A stretch of 40,923 nt of DNA, taken from NCBI RefSeq assembly GCF_001194135.2, contig NC_068981.1, positions 99,073,353-99,114,275 of the forward strand, given 5' to 3'. Shown here one piece after another: positions 12,813 to 24,765 of this stretch. A program made the position numbers and the translations under genes. The notes under the pieces are model-generated. The model saw only the letters and a program-made list of their open reading frames with translations. It was not told the origin of the DNA and ran no database searches. The DNA is from Octopus bimaculoides (taxonomy: Eukaryota). Numbering within the stretch: position 1 is the stretch's first letter; each line of letters begins with the position of its first letter.

Positions 12813-13078
12813 AAGGCGCGTAGTTTAGTGGTTAGGGTGTTGCACTCACGGTTACTAGATCGATTCACGGATCGTGCGGTGCGCTGTGTTCTTGAGCAAG
12901 ACACTTCATCTCACGTTTCTCCAGTCCACTCAGCTGCGATAGACTAGCTTTCCAACCAGAGGGAATGTTGGCCTGCTCGCCTAACCAGCGGAATGGCATC
13001 GTTCGAAAACGATGGAACGATGCAAAGCGCATTGTGACAAGCGATGTATAACAACATCCAATGGTCTCGTCGATGACG
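12813..13078 (+). mobile_element. tRNA-derived SINE, family 3 (CORE-like)
   Basis: ggcgcgtagtttagtggttaggg A-box head and tgtgttcttgagcaagacacttcat...ctccagtccactcagctg shared with the reverse complement of 20165-20412. Confidence 0.75.
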
Positions 13079-13719
13079 TAATATATATGTGTTAGTGTGT
13101 GTGTGTGTGCATGTGTGTGTGTATATATGTATGTGTGTGTGTGTGTGTGTGTGTGCGTGTAAAATCTNNNNNNNNNNNNNNNNNNNNNNNNNNNNNNNNN
13201 NNNNNNNNNNNNNNNNNNNNNNNNNNNNNNNNNNNNNNNNNNNNNNNNNNNNNNNNNNNNNNNNNNNNNNNNNNNNNNNNNNNNNNNNNNNNNNNNNNNN
13301 NNNNNNNNNNNNNNNNNNNNNNNNNNNNNNNNNNNNNNNNNNNNNNNNNNNNNNNNNNNNNNNNNNNNNNNNNNNNNNNNNNNNNNNNNNNNNNNNNNNN
13401 NNNNNNNNNNNNNNNNNNNNNNNNNNNNNNNNNNNNNNNNNNNNNNNNNNNNNNNNNNNNNNNNNNNNNNNNNNNNNNNNNNNNNNNNNNNNNNNNNNNN
13501 NNNNNNNNNNNNNNNNNNNNNNNNNNNNNNNNNNNNNNNNNNNNNNNNNNNNNNNNNNNNNNNNNNNNNNNNNNNNNNNNNNNNNNNNNNNNNNNNNNNN
13601 NNNNNNNNNNNNNNNNNNNNNNNNNNNNNNNNNNNNNNNNNNNNNNNNNNNNNNNNNNNNNNNNNNNNNNNNNNNNNNNNNNNNNNNNNNNNNNNNNNNN
13701 NNNNNNNNNNNNNNNNNNN

Positions 13720-13766
<47 letters not shown>

Positions 13767-14362
13767 AGTTAATACATTTGCTAAAGCTTGTCTATCCTGT
13801 GCTGTGTTTTCTTCATTTTGTGTCCATTTCCTTTAATAATATGTATGTATGTGTGCCTGTAACTATGTATATGCCTGTATAAATAAATAGATAATAAACA
13901 ATGCAGATGACGTCAACACTTATTAGAATAATCTTATCTCAATTATAGAATCTTTACTTTGCTCACTTACTACTTTCATTTATACAAAAGAGCATTCATT
14001 TGAATATTTTAACATCTCTCATTCTTTGTTCTGTCTTGAACTACACCCAAAATTCATCCACCGATTTCGTTCTCATTTACGTTTTCTTTTTTTTTTTTCT
14101 TTTTTTTCTTCATATATATTAGTTTTAAAGTTTTAAAGGGCTCAATATACATATATTCTCATGAATACACTCGCATGTAAACGAACAATCTCACACCAAC
14201 AAACGTACACACACACATGCACATGAGCACACAGACATTCACATACAAGTACGTGTGTATTTGTGTATGTATGTATATGTGTGTGTGTGTATCAATTAGG
14301 GCAATTCAAAATCAACTGACGTGAAACAATTCATACATACGTATATATGCACACACACACAA

Positions 14363-14393
<31 letters not shown>

Positions 14394-15039
14394 ATACACA
14401 CACATACAAATTTATGTAAATCTGTGCTTACACACACATGTATATCCCCGTTCATCTTTCTCTATATGTATGTATGTATATATGTATGTATGTATGTATG
14501 TACATAATACATACACACGCAAACGCATATTGTTGACATCTGGAGAGAAGGAAGTAAAATAAGTGGTTTGACTACTTCGTTCTAAATGGTGGGATGGTCG
14601 ACATTTTCAGGTGATCGTCTGCAATATTATTCAATTATGTTCAATGAATTGTTAGGAATATTATAAACATTTCACTGAGGGAGATTCCTTATAAGTCTTA
14701 ATCAATTCTTTTAAAGTAATATATTACATTCTTCGATCCACATTCACACACATTTAACTCATAATACTCATTTTTTCTTCTCGCTATCGGACCGGCATCC
14801 CGCAGAAGATCTCGAAAATTAGAACGTGTGTGATATATTTCTACATTTTTCTTCTCTTTTTCATTTCATTTATTTAATCGATAGGTTCACAGCATTTACG
14901 TATTTAGCTATATCTTAAAACGTCTCGCAGCTTAATGACTTTGGCTACCTGTAATAGAAATAGAAGAGAGATAACAAAAAAAAAACAGCAAAACAAACAA
15001 AACAAAATAGTCTGTTACGGTTGTTGTTGCTGTTGTTTA

Positions 15040-15092
15040 TGATGATGATGATGGTGGTGATGATGATGATATAGATGATGATGGTGACGATC

Positions 15093-15148
<56 letters not shown>

Positions 15149-15162
15149 GATGATGATGATTA
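15040..15162. repeat. (TGA)n microsatellite
   Basis: Direct inspection. Confidence 0.95.
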
Positions 15163-15544
15163 TGTTAATATTAATGTTATTTTTTGTTGTTGGGTTTACA
15201 CGTTAGTTGTATAAATATGTTCCTTTTTATTTTGTTTTGTTTTTTTTTTCAAATTTAAGCCAAATAAAAAGAAACAAAAATTACAAAATTAATTGAAAGT
15301 AATGTTTTTATTTATCTTTTTACATTGTTGTTATTGTTGTTGTTGTTGTTTTTGTTACATGGAGAAGCGTTGTGAGAAATGTCCCAGTGCAAACCCGTAT
15401 ATTTTTTATTGTTTGTACTTTGCCTATTCATTTGGAAACTAAACAAAATTTTTGCCATTTGAGTAAAGTCCAAGTTGATGGCCCTCTCTTAGCTGTGTCC
15501 TCTGGTCTTCTGGTGTATGTTTAGGACAGCAGATTACGAGCTGA

Positions 15545-15815
15545 TATCCTGACAGGAGGGTAGCAGAAATGATATACCACTGAACAAAACATCTAGCAGT
15601 ATTCTGCCAGGAAGAAAGCATAAATGATATGCCAACAGGGCAAAATAGCTTGCTATATTCTTCCAGGTGGGTGGCAGAAATGATATATAGCTCAACAAAA
15701 AGTCTCTCTCTATTCTTGCCAAGCGGAAAGCAGAAATGATAATACACTACTGAACAAAATATCTTACTGCTCTTACCGGATAAATAGCAAAAATGATATA
15801 CCACGGAGCAAAATT
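15545..15815. repeat. Degenerate minisatellite, about 56-bp unit, 5 copies
   Basis: Core gca(g/t/a)aaatgata at 15563, 15618, 15674, 15730 and 15787 (spacing 55, 56, 56, 57), each followed by cactgaacaaaa-like and tattct..cagg-like blocks. Confidence 0.85.
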
Positions 15816-15977
15816 CCATGCTATACTGATTTCCGTCCACCTATTTCATGTTCAAATTTGTCTTTTATCCGTCCATGTTTTTTTTTTAATAAATACATAG
15901 CATTCACGTACCGAGTAGGTCTGACTGAGTGTACTCTTTCCTACAAAAACATGGCCTCGTGCCAATAGGTAAAACAT

Positions 15978-16291
15978 ATTATCAGTCGCACATACAAAGT
16001 GTACGTGTTTAGTTCATACATCATTTGCTGCGGATAGTGCCCTTTGAAAGCTCCCTGCACGAGGCAGAGTGTTAAACATAACTGAATGCCCCAGACCAGG
16101 CTAGATAACTCGCCTCGAGATAATCGAGAATGTTAGATATCGATATTTTGTCATTATTGCGACACATCGGTAACATTATGTCGTGTAGGGATCCTTCACA
16201 GGATGTCATTTCGCAGCAAATGGGCGTATAAAGAAAAAGCACATACATATATTCATATAAACAAAACACACACATATGTGCGACTGATAAT
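15978..16291. repeat. Foldback/MITE-like element with two nested inverted-repeat pairs
   Basis: attatcagtcgcacata (15978-15994) and tatgtgcgactgataat (16275-16291) form a perfect 17-bp pair; catttgctgcg (16022-16032) and cgcagcaaatg (16212-16222) form a perfect 11-bp pair. Confidence 0.7.
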
Positions 16292-17006
16292 GTTTACGTT
16301 ATTAGAGCTGCTTTTGTAATTTAAAAAAGTATTTTATCTGCCACAAGGGTTGCGAACGAGGAAACGTTACAGGGACAATTTACAAAGGCAGCGACGTTTA
16401 CGAGGAATCGATTTCGGAAAAAAAAAAACAAGCCTGAAAAATGGCAGTAAATAAAAAGAATAAAATGAGATGGCTCACTACAGGACAGCGATCTAATGGC
16501 AATCAAAAGGCTTACAGACACTCGACTATTCTAAATAACAAGGACTTGTTCCCTCTCCCAGTTGTGACTTCTGGTTTACTGGCGCATGTTAAGAGCGGTC
16601 TATTACTCTCTAGCTTCATTTTCCTCCTTAAGTGGAGCTTGAACAAATTGATGAGGAGTTTCATCGAATGGGAAAGTGTCAGTCTTCACTCCTTTAAGTT
16701 TTGTTTATCATTGAATGCTTTTCGCCATGATCAATAAATAGAAGAAACGCACTTGTCTTTCATTGCCAAAATAATACAAAATGGCGATTCTGACAATCAT
16801 CTCGGCAGATAACCAGATTCATTGTAGAAATGACAATAGCTGTTTGATAAAACTCCAAAAAGTTAGCAATGTTTGAACACGGAACGAGTGCGAGTACAGC
16901 AGTTTCGTCACAGCGCATATCACGGACAGATTTGGGTGACTGCATTATCGTGGCTGTCGAGTCAGTCCTAAACCAATAATGCCTCCTCGTTGCACCTCCA
17001 AGTTGT

Positions 17007-17162
17007 AATGGTTTCAAATTTTGGCACAAGGCCAGCAATTTTAAAGAAGAGGGTAACTCGATTACAACGACCCCAATGCTCAATTGGTACTTCTTCAAAA
17101 GGATAAAAGGCAAAGTCAACCTCGGCGGAATTTGAACTCAGAACTTAAGTGCGGACGAAATC
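17007..17162 (-). mobile_element. SINE family 1, 5'-truncated
   Basis: aatggtttcaaattttggcacaaggccagc tail and ggcaaagtcaacctcggcggaatttgaactcagaac body. Confidence 0.8.
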
Positions 17163-17604
17163 CATACATACACATACGCGTTTGCTATGAGCATTTTTAC
17201 TCCTTTACTTTTCACTCCCTCCCCTTCGGTTTTTTTCCCTTTTTAACGGTAGTTCTAATAGCTCTTTTGTCTTAATAACGGTCAATCACATAGTAGCTTC
17301 CCTTTCTTTAACGGTCATTTTCATAGCATATTTTTGTTTTGCCTCGATAACTGAAGAGATGCCGGTGCGGGTTTCCGCCCCGACATCCGAAACTCGGAGT
17401 TTTATCATGGCAACCGAATAATTGTGACATATCATTTTTACAGATAAATTCCTCTATATATATAAACATATATATATTATATTATATATTATATATATTT
17501 ATACTGATAAATGTAATAGAGTTTTCTCAACAGACTGAAACAGTACAAAATTCTGTGCATTTACAACACAACATTTACATATTGTTATTATATTTATTTG
17601 TAGA

Positions 17605-19388
17605 ATGTCTTTCACAAAGTAAAGGAGATATGACGAGTCATATTTGAGCTTCGGTTTCATAGTGCTTACTGCTGGTGGAGTAGAAAAACCACAGTGTGTT
17701 CTGTTCTCTGAGGTATTGGCAGCTTTTTCGCTGAAGCCCAGAAGGCTAAAGAGGCATTTGGAAACGAAGCTTTCCAGTGCAGTCAACAAAGACGAGGAAT
17801 TTTTCATATGCCAAGCTGACAGACTGGTCAAATTCAGGCTTGATGACACAGGAATGTGTGTGCAGGACGTTGCGGCTGGTCTGAAAGCCTCTAACGAGGT
17901 TTCAAGGAAAATTGCTACTGCAAAAACCTCATGACATTGGAGAGCAGTTAGGTCTTCCTTGCTGCAAAGATATAATCTCACTCGTGCTCGAAACGTCTGA
18001 ACTACAGAAGCTTAAACATGTTTCACTTTCCAACAACACCGTCAGTCGACGAATCGCTGAGATGTCTGATAATATTTTGTCTCAGCTTACCTCAAAGGTA
18101 AAAACATCAAAGTTTAACTATGTCGCTATCCAAATTGATGAAACCACTGACGTAGCGGATTTAGCACAACTTTGTGTTTATGTACGTTACGTACATAACA
18201 AGCGCCTGGAAGATGAATTCCTTTTTTGCGAAACCCTCAACCCGAACCATTGCAAACGATATATTCCAGAAAGTGGATCAATTCTTTAACACACATGGCA
18301 TAAACTGGGAGTACGTTGTTGGGGTGTGCACCGACGGTCCTCCAACAATGCTTGGTTGCCGCTCTGGCTTTCAGACAATGGTGAAGGAGAAGTCTCCTAA
18401 TGCATTTGGTACGCATTGTACACTTTCTCGCCAAGCATTGATGGCTAAAACAATGCCCGACCATTTGAAGAATGTTTTGAATGATGTGGCCAAAGCGGTA
18501 AATTTGATCAAAGCCAATTCTTTAAACTGGCGTCTTTTTGCTGACTTGTGCAAGGACAATGGCTCCGATTTTGAAACGCTTTTACTGTACTCGCAAGTGA
18601 CGTGGTTATCCTAGCGAAGAGTACTGAAAAGTGTCTTCGTTCTAATAAGATTAATAAATTTCTTCGTGGTGCTAAAAAAGAACTGCACAGACAATTCTGC
18701 AATATTCAATTCCTTATATGTCTCTCCTTTTGGTCGGCATTTTTAAATCAGTTAATTCTGTTAACTTAGCACTACAAAGAAAGGACATCACCGTTGTCAT
18801 GAAAAATGACTGCATTTAAAATGAAGCTCCATTTATGGCATTCTAAATTGGAATGTGAAAATTTTGTACCATTTCCAAACCTCAATACTTTCCTTGATAA
18901 AGATGACCTTCGAGTTGATGTTGACATCCTCGACATAATGAAACAATATGTCTTAATTTTTCACGCTGAAATTCAAAGATACTTCCCCGACCTACAAAAC
19001 TTCGAAAACGTTCATCATTTCACCACCTATCCATTTTCAATCTCTGTTGTTGACCTTCCATCAGAAGATTAAGTCATTCAAGAACAGTTCATCGACTTGT
19101 TGAATGATGGAGGTGCAAAAAATGCCTTCCATAACATGTGTTGCAGTGAATTCTGGATTGAAATGATGCTGTCCTATCCAGGTGTCACCAAAATGGCCCT
19201 CAAATTCATCGTTCCATTCACAACAATGTACGAATGTGAGACGGCTTTTGCAACTTTACTCGCAATTAAGACAAAGGTTCACAATAAACTGGATGTTGTG
19301 CATGACATGAAGGTCGCATTATCAAAAACACAGCCTAATATTGAGGACATATTACAGACCAACCAAGCAAGTTCACTCCTCTCATTGA
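17605..19388 (+). pseudogene. Near-full-length fossil hAT transposase, Charlie/Buster group (SCAND3/ZBED5/FAM200-like)
   Basis: ATG at 17605 gives MSFTK*RRYDESYLSFGF, then KPQCVLF, KPH.IGE, LSNNTVSRRI, IQIDETTD (D1), VCTDG (D2), THCTLSRQAL (CxxH decayed), WLS, CETAF (E) and a KQVHSSH*-like end with TGA at 19386-19388. Stops at 17620, 18612 and 19070; frameshifts near 17925, 18240 and 19365. Confidence 0.92.
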
Positions 19389-19523
19389 AATTTTTTATTT
19401 TACCAGTAAAATTTTATCGCATGAAAAATTATTTTATACAAAGTCATTTTGCTTTGTTTGTATTCTCTAGTTTTTTTTCCTTTTAGGGTCCGCTAAGCCT
19501 CGAAAAAATGGACGAAAATTCTG

Positions 19524-19543
19524 AAAAAGTTTGGGAACCAAGG
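19524..19543 (-). repeat. Probable right terminal inverted repeat of the hAT element
   Basis: aaaaagtttgggaaccaagg (reverse complement ccttggttcccaaacttttt) resembles the CAGTGGTTCCCAAAC-type TIR of Charlie/Buster hATs. It lies about 140 bp after the transposase stop. No matching left TIR found. Confidence 0.55.
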
Positions 19544-19625
19544 ATATAAAGGGAAGTAGATGAATATCATAATTCTGCCAATGATGATGATAATGATGAT
19601 AAAGATGATGATGAGGATGAGGAAG

Positions 19626-19730
19626 ATGGTTTCAAATTTTAGTATGAAGTCATCAAGTTAGGGGGAGGGAGTAAGTCAACTACATCGACCCCAGTACTCA
19701 GCTGGTACTTATTTTATCGACTCCGAGAGG
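19626..19730 (-). mobile_element. SINE family 1, 3' fragment
   Basis: atggtttcaaatttt...catcgaccccagtactcagctggtacttattttatcgac. Confidence 0.7.
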
Positions 19731-20164
19731 GGTCGATAACAACAACAACAACAAAAATAAAGGATAAAAGGACCGAAGTTGTATCTAAAGAAGATACTAC
19801 TGAGGAAATAATTACAGATTGAAAGGATTGCTGTAAGTTAATGTTAATCTCGATGAGATTTTAAGTAAAGAATAAAAAGAATGTCGCTAAATATCACAAA
19901 CACCATAATGCATTTCTATTGACATTCTTCTAAGTTTTGCTTAATTATTGAGGATTTGGTACTCGTCTTGCATATATTGTAGCCGGTGCATTGTCCATAA
20001 GGAAAAGTTATTTGATTAAAACAACTTGAGATGTAACTATAAGCAGGAATCAGAACCGGATAGACTTTAGGAAGAATTTTAGGGAAACGGGCACTTAAAG
20101 TGAGAGTTTGTGACAATTTTTTTTTATCAAGAACAACCGGAACACAGCACATTGCAGATATAAA

Positions 20165-20412
20165 AATAAATAAATGCGCCATTTTAAAGCCTAGCCAGGA
20201 TCATGGGCCCGGTTTCAATGGCGTATGTGTTCCCCAGCTGGACGGGACGCCAATCCATGACAGCGTTACTCATTTTTGCCAGCTGAGTGGACTGGAGCAA
20301 CGTGAAATGAAGTGTTTTGTTCAAGAACACAACGCGTCTCCCGGTCCAGGAATCGAAACCACAATCTTACGATCATGATGTCGATACCCTAACCACTGAG
20401 CTACGCGCCTCC
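20165..20412 (-). mobile_element. tRNA-derived SINE, family 3 (CORE-like plus V-domain-like segment)
   Basis: Minus strand has A box TAGCTCAGTGG and B box GTTTCGATTCC, then tgtgttcttgaacaaaacacttc...ctccagtccactcagctgg and atggattggcgtcccgtccag. Confidence 0.8.
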
Positions 20413-20728
20413 ACGAATTTCGGATAGAGTTCTACAATATTTCTACAAAACTGAACATTTTTCTATTGGGTCTGCATTATTTGTGTATATATCTGTCTCG
20501 CTGTTCGTCCGTCTATTTGTCTCAGTAGATAGACAGACGGACAGGCAGTACTATAGCTTAGTGAGAACTGATTCATTGAAAAAAAGACATCAAAGGTTTA
20601 GGTAATTTCTGGGCCTAAAGGGGGACATGTATCCTCTGGACTACAGTTTTGCCTATGTGAACAAACAACCCTTGTAAACAACGTCACTAAAAGGTGCGTA
20701 ATAGTAATAATATTACAAAATGGCCAAA

Positions 20729-20949
20729 GGCGGTGAGCTGGCAGAATTGTCGGCGTTCCGGACAAAAATACTTAGTAGCATTTCGTCCGTCTTTACGTTC
20801 TGAGTTTAAATTCTGCCGATGTCGAATTTTCCTTTCATTCTTTCGGGGTCGATAAAATAAGTACTAGTTGAACACTGGGATCGACGTAATCGACTTACCC
20901 ACTCCCTCGAAACTTCCAGACTCGTGCTAAAAAATTTGAACCCAATATT
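20729..20949 (+). mobile_element. SINE family 1, full length
   Basis: ggcggtgagctggcagaa head, core and aaatttgaacccaatatt tail; degenerate TSD-like flanks aatattacaaaatggcca / aatattaaagagtggtca. Confidence 0.85.
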
Positions 20950-21071
20950 AAAGAGTGGTCAGTGAAAACATGCAGAATGGCCAATGAAAACGTATTATTA
21001 AATCACTTAGACAACTTGTGTTTCAGAACATGACACTTTTCCTTCTATATAAAATAATCTAACCTCTAAAA

Positions 21072-21225
21072 ACAACTAGTCCACTTTCTCCGTAACTTGA
21101 TAAGTTCTCACGAAACTATTTTCATCACAACTTGACCACTTTCATCATAATTTGACTAATTTCCCTATAACTTTCGGCATAACTTAACCTCACTTACGAT
21201 AACTTCTACAGTTTCATCATAACAT
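21072..21225. repeat. Degenerate ~19-20-bp tandem repeat
   Basis: Recurrent (c/g)ataactt...ttt(c/t)at units, e.g. cacaacttgaccactttcat cataatttgactaatttccc. Confidence 0.5.
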
Positions 21226-21299
21226 ATTGAATTCTAAAGCACAACATAGTATATATGTAGTTTTATAATATTTCTATTGTACAACACAATACATATTTT

Positions 21300-21793
21300 A
21301 CTTTAACTTGCTTCAGAAATTGAACTGCGGCCATGCTGGGGCAACTCCTCGAAGGGTTTTAGTCGAACAAATCGATCCTAGTCCTTATTTCAAGCCAGGT
21401 ACTTATTCTATCGGTCTCTTTTTTGCTGAACCGTTAAGCTATGGGGATGTAAACACACGAATAGTTATCAAGTGGTGGTGGTGGACAGACACACACGCAC
21501 ATATATATACAAACACGACGGGCTTCTTTGTTAAAACTCCGACGAAGTTAAGTACGTTATTCAACTTTCTAGGCTTGATAAAATATAGCACCAGTCAAGT
21601 ACTGTGGTTCAACACAACTGCCTGTTCCTGCCACCAAACTTTGAGGCCATGCACCTACGTAAACGTCTACCAAATCCACTCATAAGGTTTTGGTTGGCCC
21701 GAAGACATTTGTCCAAGGTGCCACGCAGTGGGACTGAACCTGGAATCATGTAGTTGGGAACCAAGCTTCTTACCACACAGTCACTTCTGCGCC
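21300..21793 (-). mobile_element. tRNA-derived SINE, family 2, interrupted by a 142-bp insertion (21524-21665)
   Basis: The head half (tctaccaaatccactc...gccacgcagtgggactgaacc...cttaccacacag) matches 40548-40688; the 3' body runs 21300-21523. Confidence 0.8.
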
Positions 21794-23599
21794 GGTAAAT
21801 AATTTGTAAATAATATTTCTAATAATGTAAAATAATATTTCTACAGATCAAAACAGACAACTTCTATTTCTACACTCCAAAGCATTCTACAGTATAGCTC
21901 AACACAGATGTAAGAGGATATTCGATCAAAGATTTAAATTTAATTGCGAGATTCGAAAATTCTACGTTTTATAAATGTTCTTATATTAATTTGACGCATA
22001 AATTTATATATCTTCATAGTATTCTCTTATTATGCTAAAGGATTTTATGATAATGAGCTAGACAATATAAACATTGTGTTCATTATGTTAAATACTTTTA
22101 TGATAATGAGCTAGACAACGGATTGAGGTTAGTGAAAAATTAGGATTCAGTAACAATAAATATTAAGTATTACACCTTGTCGTTTTATTTCTTTCTCCTG
22201 CCACCACTTTTTGTTGTCTTCTTCCCTCTCTTCTTCTCCCATTCCTTTATCTCTTTCTCCTTCTCTCACCTCTCTCTTTCTCTCTCACTAACCTTCCCTC
22301 ATCTCTCCGCTAACACTCTTTCTCACTTCTTTCTTTTGATGTCTTACTGTCTGATTACAATAGATAAGAATAACAATTGCGGTTACCCAACAATTAATTT
22401 CCTTTTGAGAGCGTAACTTCCGAACACATGTGATGAACAGAATAACATTATAGATCTTTGTTCAGTTGAGGAGCGTCTGAGCAGAGACAAGATGATGTAG
22501 TGGTCCTAACTGATCACTGGTACATCGCTATAATGAGGAACAAACACTTCCTTCTCAAATGACTCAATAAACCTTGTTGTTTAGTTCCTAATCGGTCCTG
22601 ATTAAGCCTACTCATGAATTTAACCATTCCAACCATAACCATCACTACTTTTTCTTGACATAATGTATTTTGAGCAACATTGTATAATGCATCTTTTCCT
22701 TTAAGTAAGGTGTAATCTGAGGGATATTTAACTGTTATTTCTTATAGGGTGAGCAATCACTTGGAGACACACCCTGGTTCGAGTACAGTGAATTGTAAGT
22801 AGCGAGATCACTGTATACTTAACGACGGTTAAGTTCATTTGCTATGAGTTTGTGAGATCAAATCATCCCACGAAGAAGGATCGTCTCCAGTAGACTTAAC
22901 AGCTGGTACAACTACTTACAACACGATTGCTTATGACATCTACATTCCATTTATTTCTTGGTTGCTGTCGTTGACGGTGTTGTATTAATGTTTACTTAAC
23001 ATAAGTGAATGAGTGAAACTTAATCGACTATTAACTTGTGAACATTGAGGACTTGTTATTCCAGTGAAACGATTTGCTTTTTTATTAATCAGTGCGTATG
23101 TATATACATTGTGTGTGTATGTATATACATGCGTGCGTGCGCGTGTGTAGGTCATAAAAGCGTCTGGTGAAAACGAGGAATTAAAAAAATAAAAGAATTC
23201 TGTACATAGATTGATTTAGTCGGCCGGCAAGCTACGGTAAATTATCAGAGAGAGATTATTAACTAATAAAAATAAATAAATGGCAAAATAATTACCCATT
23301 CATTTAATCTTTTAGACGTCATAGATTTACATTCATCGCAATTATTTTGTTGAATGAAAAGAGCAGAGTATTTGAAAGAACATGAGCAGAAACCAATGAA
23401 CCAATCTTATTTGAGATTATAATTTGAAATACTAGGAGCCATGACAGAAAATAAAACCTATAAACTGAGAAATACATACAGTCAAATTGAAACTACATTA
23501 CTACAATGGTGTGATATTGGGGACATGTTTTCGGTTGAAAGTGAAGAACTTGTTTACAGAAATTTATCCAAATTTTCAGTTTACTTTTCACTCTCTCCG

Positions 23600-23940
23600 T
23601 GTTCACTAAACAAAGACATCGAAGTAAGGCTTACCAAAGCTTGCCAGGCATTTACAAGACCTTAGTCAACATTGAAGTTTAAGATTTAGAGTTTTAGGAT
23701 ACAGACACTATAACAACATTGTCAATTTTATTCTTATGTATATAGCTCAAACTGCTGGGGAATAGTGAAAGTAGGTATGAATTAGGTCAACGTTTTTCAC
23801 TATGATTGTCCTAGGAAAATCTGTTTCTTCTTCTGATTCAGTTTAGCGTCAAATGAGGAGCTGTACTACAAAACTGGTTGCAATAGTGTATTCCTTGAAA
23901 TAAACGCAAGTGTGATTAAAGGCTGCGCAACGCAAAATAG
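23600..23940 (+). mobile_element. RTE-clade LINE reverse-transcriptase C-terminal fragment, decayed
   Basis: NKDIEVRLTKACQAF...SSNCW...NVFHYDCPRKI...SNEELYYKTG matches the RTE pattern EIxxRIxKAxxAF...ETW...VFHxxCLRxI...SNEELYxRT; contains stops. Confidence 0.6.
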
Positions 23941-24121
23941 AACCGTTTGCAGTTTACACGTTACCCAATTATTTCATTTGTATTGAAGGCGAGCAGTGAC
24001 AAATGTATCTTACATGAAACAAAGCATATAATCAAATAGTCAAAAGCCATATTTTGCATTTGGGAAGAGTAGAATTAAAATAATATACTGGAGTCAAAAA
24101 CCGGGTATCTGTAGAATTGTT

Positions 24122-24290
24122 TGAGTGACGGACGGGAAAAATGTGTTGCGGTATTAAAGTGCATATCTTTACGTTTTGGATTCAAATCCTGCCAAGATTG
24201 GCTTTGCCTTTTATTCTTCAGGGCCAATGAAATAAATTACTTTCATGTGCACTGATAAATCTAATCAACTATACTCATCTTTCAAATTTT
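24122..24290 (+). mobile_element. SINE family 1, old degenerate copy
   Basis: tctttacgttttggattcaaatcctgccaagattggctttgccttttattcttc. Confidence 0.5.
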
Positions 24291-24597
24291 TTGAAATCCA
24301 TATACTGAAGACAATCGAAATGCCATCATTTAACTCCACAAAAAGGAAACAAAAATTTTGGCTTGTAGTGTTAGAAAAAAAAATGTAATTATCGTAATTG
24401 TGTTTCTGATATGTCGAAGTCTTCTAGCCAATTATACAATGAGTCAACAATTTAGTCTAGAAAACACCTGCTATTTAATGTTACAAGAAATAATGCTTGC
24501 TAAAAGAAAGAAATTAATAAATCGTAGAATATATCAATATGGTAAAGATGTTCCTATGAACAGTGTAGAATAGTAGAAAGATAATCACGGTATTGTC

Positions 24598-24765
24598 ACA
24601 CACACACACATACATACATACATACATACATACATACATACATACATTCATACGTACATACACACGCGCATACATACATACATACATACATACATACACA
24701 CGCGCATACATACATACATACATACATACATACATACATACATACATACATACATACATACATAC
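24598..24765. repeat. (CATA)n microsatellite
   Basis: Direct inspection. Confidence 0.95.

Noticed and set aside
12813-12880. tRNA-like heads with A and B boxes here and at 20340-20412, 21720-21793 and 40620-40688
   Set aside because: They run directly into SINE bodies and lack a full cloverleaf; not tRNA genes.
463-13836. Long ORFs made of X runs and YIYI/HTHT/CVCV/poly-I/poly-L
   Set aside because: Artefacts of N gaps and di-, tri- or tetranucleotide microsatellites that lack stop codons.
15545-15815. CRISPR-like repeat-spacer appearance
   Set aside because: Eukaryotic context, degenerate repeats, linkers partly homologous to each other, and no cas genes; treated as a minisatellite.
17399-17414. 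RFX X-box-like gtttatcatggcaac upstream of the transposase
   Set aside because: Only one half-site fits well; expected by chance in 41 kb.
19097-19486. hAT C-terminal ORF as a possible domesticated gene
   Set aside because: Part of a transposase with many stops and frameshifts; the ORF overruns the ancestral stop through a frameshift.
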